The position numbers and the translations under genes were made by a program. A stretch of 64,000 nt of DNA from Dehalococcoidia bacterium. GTDB taxonomy: Bacteria; Chloroflexota; Dehalococcoidia; Lucifugimonadales; UBA3495. The DNA lies in assembly GCA_965243255.1 (NCBI GenBank), contig CBDEUH010000004.1, positions 580,456 to 644,455 on the forward strand, given 5' to 3'. This document shows positions 54,368 through 64,000 of this stretch, one piece after another; positions within the stretch are counted from its first letter, which is position 1, and each line of letters begins with the position of its first letter. A model generated the notes under the pieces. It worked only from the letters and a program-made list of their open reading frames with translations. It was not told where the DNA came from and did no database searches.

Positions 54368-55169
54368 TTGGGACAGGTTCTCCTGAGGCTGGGCGAAGGG
54401 TAATGTCTCCGGCGGTGAGGGTCAACAGTTGGCCGGCGTCGGTGCGCAGGAGCAGGTTGCCCTGCGCGTCGATATCCTCGGCCAGGCCGGTGTCGGCGCT
54501 GCCGTGATGGGTTACGGTTACCCGCTGGCCCAGGGTATCCAGCCAGCGCCGCCATTCCGGTATGGGAGAGCGTCCGCGCCTGAGGTCCAGGTACAGGGCG
54601 TCCAGGTGCTGCAAGATGCGGCGCAGCAGTTCGGCCCGGTCAACGTCAGCGTCGGCCAGCAGGTTCAAGCTGGCGGCGGTGGCGGCGATTTCCGGGTCGG
54701 CGGACGTGTCCAGCGCGATGTTGACGCCGACGCCAACGATGGCGTGCTCAATCCGCGAGCCGGACATTGTCGATTCGGCCAGGATGCCGGCGACCTTGCG
54801 TCCGTCAATCATTATGTCATTGGGCCACTTGATTGAGGGGTAGAGCCTGGCCGCCTGGCGAATGGCGCGGGCGACGGCGACTCCGGCCAACGGGCTGAGC
54901 AAGGGCAGAGCGTCGGCATCCGGCCGGAACAGGACGGAGAAATACAGGTTGCCGGAATCGGAAACCCAACGCCGGCCCAAACGTCCCCGGCTGGCGGATT
55001 GGGTTTCTGCGACGACCACCGCCCCCTCGTCGGCGCCGTCCATGGCCCACTGCGCGGCGTCGTCCATGGTGGAGGCGGTGGACTGGTAGTAGCGGACGCT
55101 GCGGCCGATGATGGCGGTGTACAGGCCGGCGCGCAGCATTTCAGCGACGACGGAGGCGGGCATGGCCAA
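54345..55169 (-). CDS. birA: biotin--[acetyl-CoA-carboxylase] ligase
   Basis: Has the GRGRLGRRW signature and no N-terminal HTH (group I type). Confidence 0.85.
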   Translation of the reverse strand: MAMPASVVAEMLRAGLYTAIIGRSVRYYQSTASTMDDAAQWAMDGADEGAVVVAETQSASRGRLGRRWVSDSGNLYFSVLFRPDADALPLLSPLAGVAVARAIRQAARLYPSIKWPNDIMIDGRKVAGILAESTMSGSRIEHAIVGVGVNIALDTSADPEIAATAASLNLLADADVDRAELLRRILQHLDALYLDLRRGRSPIPEWRRWLDTLGQRVTVTHHGSADTGLAEDIDAQGNLLLRTDAGQLLTLTAGDITLRPASGEPVPNARKPLP

Positions 55170-55208
55170 CCTGGCACGGATAATTGGTGCTGCGTGAATA
55201 TGCGACGG

Positions 55209-55658
55209 TCAGGGTTGCTCAGACGAATCTGCGAACGGGACGCCGCCGGTGTATTCATCGGGGAGCAACTGCCACAGGATTTCGAGCAGGGGCCGTACAT
55301 CGGACAGAGCGAATGCCGCGCCGTCGCGGTCCAAATGGACTTCGTAGAAATTGCCGTGCAAACCCTCGGCAGCGCGCAATCCACGGTGAATTAGCTCCGC
55401 CTGTTGGGGCATCTCGCGGGCGAGAGCCTGGACGGCCTCTTGTACTGCCACGTGGTCGTAGTGTTCCCAGCCCCGCAGGGTGGCGACGGCCTTGGTCAGT
55501 TGGGCCACGGTGCCCCAGCCCTTTTCGCCGGCCTGGCACAAGTCGCCCTCGGCCAGGTGCGCCGGCCATTTTGACCAGTAATCCCGGGCCTGGCTGATGT
55601 GCTTGCGGATGCGGACGTCCCGGCGGGCCGGGGTCTCGCGTCTGGTGCGGGGCGGCAT
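55209..55658 (-). CDS. PaREP1-like (HEPN-fold) protein
   Basis: LAEGDL.QAGEKGWGTVAQ..KAVA...GWEH..H and LHGNFYE match my recollection of the PaREP1 pattern. Confidence 0.55.
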   Translation of the reverse strand: MPPRTRRETPARRDVRIRKHISQARDYWSKWPAHLAEGDLCQAGEKGWGTVAQLTKAVATLRGWEHYDHVAVQEAVQALAREMPQQAELIHRGLRAAEGLHGNFYEVHLDRDGAAFALSDVRPLLEILWQLLPDEYTGGVPFADSSEQP

Positions 55659-55675
55659 GATGACAGCAGTATAAC

Positions 55676-56995
55676 CTACCAGCCGTGGTCGTAGCGGTCT
55701 TGCAATACGTCCAGCAGGCGGCTGACGGGGATGCGCTCCTGGGCCATGGTGTCGCGGTCGCGGATGGTTACGGCCTGGTCGTCAATGGTATCGAAGTCCA
55801 CGGTTACGCAGTAGGGGGTGCCAATCTCGTCCTGGCGACGGTAGCGGCGGCCGATGCTCTGCGCGTCGTCAAACTGGGCGCGGAAGCGGCGGCGCACCAG
55901 GTCATACACGCTGCGCGCGGTGGGAGCCAGACGCTCGTTGCGGCTGAGGGGCAGCACGGCCACGGTTACGGGAGCCAGGGAGCGGTGGAAGTGCAGCACG
56001 GTGCGGGTGTCCTTGCCGTCCGGTTCTTCGTCGTAGCTGTCCAGCCAGAAGGCCAGCGTCGCCCGGTCAACGCCGCCGGAAGGCTCGATGACGTAGGGAG
56101 TGTAACGCTCGTGGATTTCGTCGTCGAAGTAGGACAAGTCCTCGCCGCTGTACTGGGTGTGGCGGCCCAGGTCGAAGTCGGTGCGGTCGGCGATGCCTTC
56201 CAGCTCGCCCCAGCCCCAGGGGAAGCGATACTCGATGTCGTAGGTGGCCTTGGCGTAGTGGGCCAGTTCGTCGCCGGCGTGCTCCCGCAGGCGCAGGTTC
56301 TCGCCACGGATGCCATAGCTCACGTACCAGTTGAAGCGGTCTTGCACCCATTGCTGCAGCCACTCCTCGTCGGTGCCCGGCTTGACGAAGAACTCAATCT
56401 CCATCTGCTCGAACTCGCGGGTGCGGAAGGTGAAGTTGCCCGGGGTGATTTCATTGCGGAAGGCTTTGCCGATCTGGGCGATGCCGAAGGGCAGCTTCTT
56501 GCGGGTGGCGGTCTGCACGTTCTGGAAGTTGACGAAGATGCCCTGGGCCGTTTCGGGACGCAGGAAGACCTCGTTGCTGGAGTCCTCCACCGGCCCCATG
56601 AAGGTGCGGAACATGAGGTTGAAGCGGCGCGGTTCGGTGAAGTCGCCGCCGCAAACCGGGCAGACGTCGGTTTCCAGCTGGTCCTGGCGAAAGCGGCGGT
56701 GGCACTGGCGACACTCCACCAGCGGGTCGCTGAAATTCTCCACGTGGCCGCTGGCCTCCCAGACCCGGGGGTGCATCAGGATGGCGGCGTCCAGGCCCAC
56801 CACGTCGTCGCGCTCGGAGACCACGGAGCGCCACCAGGCTTCCTTGACGTTGCGCTTGAGTTCGACACCCAGAGGGCCGTAGTCCCAGGTTGACCCCAGC
56901 CCGCCGTACACCTCGCTGGACTGAAAGACGAAACCCCGTCGCTTGGACAGGGAAAGTATTTTATCCATATCGGCGTAGTGAAGGGTGCGCGGCAT
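55676..56995 (-). CDS. glyQS: glycine--tRNA ligase (dimeric alpha2 type)
   Basis: 439 aa. [13 protein letters not shown], class II motifs and a C-terminal anticodon-binding domain. Confidence 0.9.
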   Translation of the reverse strand: MPRTLHYADMDKILSLSKRRGFVFQSSEVYGGLGSTWDYGPLGVELKRNVKEAWWRSVVSERDDVVGLDAAILMHPRVWEASGHVENFSDPLVECRQCHRRFRQDQLETDVCPVCGGDFTEPRRFNLMFRTFMGPVEDSSNEVFLRPETAQGIFVNFQNVQTATRKKLPFGIAQIGKAFRNEITPGNFTFRTREFEQMEIEFFVKPGTDEEWLQQWVQDRFNWYVSYGIRGENLRLREHAGDELAHYAKATYDIEYRFPWGWGELEGIADRTDFDLGRHTQYSGEDLSYFDDEIHERYTPYVIEPSGGVDRATLAFWLDSYDEEPDGKDTRTVLHFHRSLAPVTVAVLPLSRNERLAPTARSVYDLVRRRFRAQFDDAQSIGRRYRRQDEIGTPYCVTVDFDTIDDQAVTIRDRDTMAQERIPVSRLLDVLQDRYDHGW

Positions 56996-57026
56996 AGGGG
57001 TTCCTCACTGGCGGTTGGTGTTAGAT

Positions 57027-59111
57027 TTATGGTAACACAGCGGAAGCAGCCACCTCATTGGGTAGTTCGCGACGGACGGCGTCGGCCAGGCTTTCGGCGG
57101 CCAGGTCGTCCAACTTGATATAGCGGGCGGACATGGCGTCGGCGATGCCGTGGGCCAGTTCCAGCTTGATGAAATCCTGCTCGGTGTCCACCACTACCGC
57201 CGGTATTTTGGCGTCGGCAATCATCCGCGCAAAGTCCTGCACCTCGCCGTCGGAGGACGCAATCCGCGCCGACTGTTCGCCGGCCAGGGTTACGTTGGCC
57301 CGCCCGTCGGACAGCAGCACCAACAGGGGCAGCACGTCCCGATCCTTCAGCCGTTCAGTCTCCAGCGTTTCCATGGCCAGATACAGGGCGCGCGCCAGGG
57401 GAGTCCGCCCTCCGGTGGGCATCTCCTGCAGGCACCACTGCGCCATTTCCACGCTGCCGGTGGGGGGCAGCAGCAGTTCGGCGCCGGTTCCACGAAAGGC
57501 GATCAGTCCCACCCGGTCCCGGCGTTGGTAGGCGTCCAGCAGCAGCGACATCACCGCGCCCTTGACGGCTACCATCCGTCGCTGGGCGCCCATGGAGCCG
57601 CTGGCGTCCACCACGAACAGAATCAGCGAGCCGGTATGGGTTTCGCGGACTTTCTCGCGGATGTCCCACGGCTCAATGAGCAGGGAGGCAGCGTGAGTGT
57701 CCGGGTCCGGGCCGGAGTTGCTGCGGCGGGCCTGCTGATGGGGCGCGGCAGCGCGCAGGGTGGCGTCCAAAGCCAGGTCGGCGGCCGGCCCTTCGGGTAC
57801 GCGCGCGCCGACGTAACGGCCGGCGGAGGTGCCGCTGACGGTGGTGGCGCGGCGGCCCGAGGCGCGACGGGCCCTGCGGTCGGGCGGCTGCACTTGCAGG
57901 TTCTGGACGGCGTAGGGGTCGCCGACCTCAAACCACTCGTCTCCCAGGCCGGAGTCGGTAACCGGGTCGTCGGTTTCAGGTTCGGAAGGTTCCGGGTCTC
58001 TATCGCTCTCCGCGTCGTTGCGCTCGTCGCCGGGGGAGTCTTGGGCGTCTGCCGGCTCGCGGTTGCGGGGCTGGTTCTGGAACTCGTCCAGCATCTGGTC
58101 CAGCTGCTCGGTTACCAGGTGGGGCTGCTGGAAGGGCTGGCGTCGTTGGCGGTGCAGCAGGGCCATCAGCGCGGCTTCGCGCACGTCGTCAACCTCAACG
58201 ACGGTGCGGCCTTCGTAGGCGGCGATGGTGCTGGCGGTTTTGTACATCACGATGTCGCCGCGTAGCCCGTCAACTTGATACTCGGCGCAGATGTCGGTAA
58301 TCAGCTCCAGAATGTCATCGGGAACCACCACGTCGGCCAGGCGTCGCTGGCTGTCCAGCAGCCGCTTGCGTTCCGTCTGCTCCGCATCCGCCCAGGCGTC
58401 CATGAAGGCGAAGGGATCGCCCTCAAAAGCCATGCGGCGGCGGACGACTTCCCGGCGTTCCGCCGGCTCGAAAACGCCGTCCACTTCCACGGCCAGCCCG
58501 AAGCGGTCCAGGAGCTGGGGGCGCAGGTCGCCCTCTTCCGGGTTCATGGTGCCCACCAGCATAAACTCGGCATCGTGGCTCACGGAGATGCCCTCGCGCT
58601 CCACGTAGTTGCGGCCCATGGCTGCCGCGTCCAGCAGGACGTCAACCAGGTGGTCGTTGAGCAGGTTAACCTCGTCGATGTACAGGATGCCTCGGTGCGC
58701 CGCCGCAATCAGCCCCGGCTCGAAGTTCTTTTCGCCGGACTTGATGGCCTGCTCAATGTCCAGCGACCCTACCAGCCGGTCCTCGGTGGCGCCGACGGGC
58801 AGGTCAACGATGCGAACCTGGCGCGCCGACGGACTGCCGGTAGGTCCCCCGTGATGGCACCGTTGGCAGACTTCCTGGGGCGCTCCCGGCTGGCAGCTGT
58901 ACAGGCAGCCGGGAACCACGGGAACCTGGGGCAGCAGCGCTGCCAGCGAGCGGACGGCGGTGCTCTTGGCCGTGCCCTTCTTGCCGCGCACCAGCACGCC
59001 GCCGATGCGCGGGTTGATCGCGTTCAACAGCAACGCCCGTTTCATCGGCGTCTGGCCGACGATGGCGGTGAAGGGAAAACGCGGTTCGCGTCCGGCGGCG
59101 GGCTGGGTCAT
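57027..59111 (-). CDS. fused ChlI/ChlD-type AAA+ / vWA chelatase subunit (putative cobaltochelatase partner of CobN)
   Basis: Walker A GKKGTAKS, an acidic/Pro-rich linker and a C-terminal vWA domain with MIDAS DASGSMG. Confidence 0.85.
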   Translation of the reverse strand: MTQPAAGREPRFPFTAIVGQTPMKRALLLNAINPRIGGVLVRGKKGTAKSTAVRSLAALLPQVPVVPGCLYSCQPGAPQEVCQRCHHGGPTGSPSARQVRIVDLPVGATEDRLVGSLDIEQAIKSGEKNFEPGLIAAAHRGILYIDEVNLLNDHLVDVLLDAAAMGRNYVEREGISVSHDAEFMLVGTMNPEEGDLRPQLLDRFGLAVEVDGVFEPAERREVVRRRMAFEGDPFAFMDAWADAEQTERKRLLDSQRRLADVVVPDDILELITDICAEYQVDGLRGDIVMYKTASTIAAYEGRTVVEVDDVREAALMALLHRQRRQPFQQPHLVTEQLDQMLDEFQNQPRNREPADAQDSPGDERNDAESDRDPEPSEPETDDPVTDSGLGDEWFEVGDPYAVQNLQVQPPDRRARRASGRRATTVSGTSAGRYVGARVPEGPAADLALDATLRAAAPHQQARRSNSGPDPDTHAASLLIEPWDIREKVRETHTGSLILFVVDASGSMGAQRRMVAVKGAVMSLLLDAYQRRDRVGLIAFRGTGAELLLPPTGSVEMAQWCLQEMPTGGRTPLARALYLAMETLETERLKDRDVLPLLVLLSDGRANVTLAGEQSARIASSDGEVQDFARMIADAKIPAVVVDTEQDFIKLELAHGIADAMSARYIKLDDLAAESLADAVRRELPNEVAASAVLP

Positions 59112-59123
59112 GGCAGGTTTCCC

Positions 59124-59906
59124 TCAGTCGGCGGCTGAAGGTTGCGGGTAGGCGTGGGCGTCGCGGTCACGGTACAGGCGATAGCCGACAGTGGCGAAGG
59201 CGATGCCCATCCAGAGCAGCAGGTGTCCCACCGCGGTGAAGGTGCGGAACATGATGGTCAAGCCCGGCGGCAGCCACTCGGGCGCAGCATCACGCACGCT
59301 GGGGACAGCGTAGGCCAGCAGCAGGGCGACCACCGCGTAAGCGATGCCGATGCCGGCGTATGGCAACCAGCGGGCGCCGCCGGCTTTGGTGCGGTTGACC
59401 AGACCAACGCCGTAGATGACCAGGGCCACCGCGACGCCGGAAACGAACATGAACAGGAACTGGAAGCCCTGGCGTGCCAGCAACGTACTGTCTTCGCCGA
59501 TGCCCGGCGGGTTGAGCGGGAACTTGAGCTGAGCGTACATCGACACGCCCCAGAAGCCGAGCAAACCGGCGATGGCCGCCCAGGCCCAGGGGCTCCAGCC
59601 CGGCGTGGCGTTGCGCATCAGATGATAGAGGCCCGTGAAAACTGCTCCAAAGAGAATTCCGATCACCGCCAGGCCAAAGCTCATGCCAATCCGCTGCACC
59701 CCCAGGCTGGTCAGAAAGGCCAGCGGCAGGGGATCTTCTTCTTCAGCCTCGGCCAACTGCTCGGCGCAACCGGCCCGGTCTCGGTCGCAGCCTTCCAACT
59801 CAATCGCCCACTCCATCACGGGGACGTTGAAGATGTTCATGTAGGCCGCGACCAGGAGCCCTACTAGGACTCCCATCACTATCGCAGTGGGTAATATACG
59901 CGTCAT
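59124..59906 (-). CDS. cbtA: CbtA-like cobalt transporter membrane subunit
   Basis: ATG at 59906 with a GGGAGG RBS. ~260 aa multi-TM protein downstream of cbtB in the cobalt-chelatase cluster. Confidence 0.6.
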   Translation of the reverse strand: MTRILPTAIVMGVLVGLLVAAYMNIFNVPVMEWAIELEGCDRDRAGCAEQLAEAEEEDPLPLAFLTSLGVQRIGMSFGLAVIGILFGAVFTGLYHLMRNATPGWSPWAWAAIAGLLGFWGVSMYAQLKFPLNPPGIGEDSTLLARQGFQFLFMFVSGVAVALVIYGVGLVNRTKAGGARWLPYAGIGIAYAVVALLLAYAVPSVRDAAPEWLPPGLTIMFRTFTAVGHLLLWMGIAFATVGYRLYRDRDAHAYPQPSAAD

Positions 59907-60118
59907 GGAGGACCTCCCGATGCAAATCTGTCTGGTTAGCTTCACCGGCCGATTATCAGCCAGCTTGGCAAAGATGGCGAAACCACTCAGGCAGATTCGC
60001 GGCGCACTCCTCCCAACGCTTTACAGCGTTCGCGCAGCGAAAAACGCCAGTTGTGAGTCCGGAATCCCGGACGTAAAAGCCGGTCCGCACCCCATGGGAG
60101 TCGTTCCGGCGCTGGTGC

Positions 60119-60319
60119 CTAATGGCACATGAACGCGACGTGGCGCGCGTGGTGGAAGAACTCGTGGACCGTGCCCAGGATGCCGGGCGATCCGATGGAA
60201 GCGGCGTGCACTCCACCGTCAACGTAGCCCACCAGGTACAGGGCGATGGCGCCAACGACGAGCCACGGCGCCCATGCTGCCGTGTCGGTGGCGGATAGGA
60301 AGCGGTTCAAGATACCCAT
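60119..60319 (-). CDS. cbtB: CbtB-like small cobalt transporter subunit
   Basis: 66 aa with one TM helix and a His/Cys-rich C-terminus (HEFFHHARHVAFMCH). Confidence 0.7.
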   Translation of the reverse strand: MGILNRFLSATDTAAWAPWLVVGAIALYLVGYVDGGVHAASIGSPGILGTVHEFFHHARHVAFMCH

Positions 60320-60434
60320 TTTTCTCTCCTCTTGTGGTGATACACGCTTTTCGTGGTATCAATAGCAGGCATTGTAGTACCTTACCGAAGGTTGCACAAT
60401 ACCGGCGGGCGGACATTATCGGCAGATATGCCGA

Positions 60435-60845
60435 TTAGCGTTCCACGAAAATCAGGTCGTCCTCCTTGCCGACCCAGCGGTCGCGGGCTTCCTCAAAAGC
60501 CCGCAGTTTTTCGGGCTGGAACTCGGTGCGCTTTTCGTCGTCGTCCAGGTATGGATTGGGGAAATAGCAGCGCACCAGGGTTTCGTCCCAGTTGCGAGAG
60601 AACCGAACGTAGTAGGACTTCATGTTGCCGTGGCTGGTGGCCTCCACGAACTGGATGCCGTCAATCTGCTCCAGTTGCAGGTGAAAGTGCCAGTTGTCGG
60701 CTTCAATGGTGGCCCAGCCGTTGTGCACTTCCGGCTCCCGGATGCCGTGGCCGTGATTTTCGCTGACCACGGAGCCGCCGCCGACGACCCACATCATGGT
60801 GGGATCGCCGGTCAGTTCCTTGAGCAGGTCCAGTGTGTGCTCCAT
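60435..60845 (-). CDS. hypothetical protein in the cobN cluster
   Basis: 136 aa with good codon bias. Its start lies 17 nt downstream of the cobN stop. No confident family assignment. Confidence 0.55.
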   Translation of the reverse strand: MEHTLDLLKELTGDPTMMWVVGGGSVVSENHGHGIREPEVHNGWATIEADNWHFHLQLEQIDGIQFVEATSHGNMKSYYVRFSRNWDETLVRCYFPNPYLDDDEKRTEFQPEKLRAFEEARDRWVGKEDDLIFVER

Positions 60846-60861
60846 CGTTATCTCCTCCTGC

Positions 60862-63999
<3,138 letters not shown>

Positions 64000-64000
64000 C

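Noticed and set aside
60320-60434. Cobalamin riboswitch upstream of cbtB.
   Set aside because: The leader is only 115 nt, and I see small hairpins but no B12-box-like conserved core. This needs cmsearch to be certain.

Overview
GC-rich, gene-dense bacterial chromosomal segment with G/C-dominated third codon positions, so most long antisense ORFs in the track are shadow ORFs. The taxon cannot be assigned from this window alone. The core content is housekeeping and catabolic. It includes a his operon (hisZ-like, hisG, PLC-like, hisD, hisC, hisB), glyQS, birA, rnd and a cysS-GT2 fusion. It also holds a P-II protein, a 3-subunit 2-oxoacid:ferredoxin oxidoreductase, two TPP enzymes, CoA-transferase/thiolase/crotonase/acyl-CoA ligase genes, tandem FMN alpha-hydroxyacid oxidase paralogs, an NfeD-SPFH pair, meaB, and a cobalt-chelatase cluster (cobN, chlI/D fusion, cbtA, cbtB). 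This backbone is interrupted by small, lower-GC accessory insertions that carry toxin-antitoxin or defence-type genes and no recognisable integrase or transposase. (1) A composite tract (~5.86-9.5 kb) lies between the acyl-CoA ligase and a DUF35/thiolase operon. It carries RHH-Doc, DUF3644, a methylase/endonuclease remnant, and DUF433 with a DUF5615-like remnant. (2) A 3.0-kb islet (43853-46893) sits exactly at the hisD-stop/hisC-start junction and is bounded by a perfect 20-bp direct repeat. It carries a DUF5678-like + retropepsin-like protease pair, Mrr and a small hypothetical. (3) A single NucS-like nuclease gene lies next to hisZ. The most unusual signal is a ~380-450 nt non-coding module shared by islets (1) and (2): four conserved blocks, an array of ~64-nt units, complementary flanks and a 10-bp palindrome. 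It occupies the same position and orientation in both islets and is the only element they share. It may be a cis-acting recombination arm, a structured RNA or an iteron array for a trans-encoded function, or it may be a MITE; this cannot be resolved without genome-wide data.
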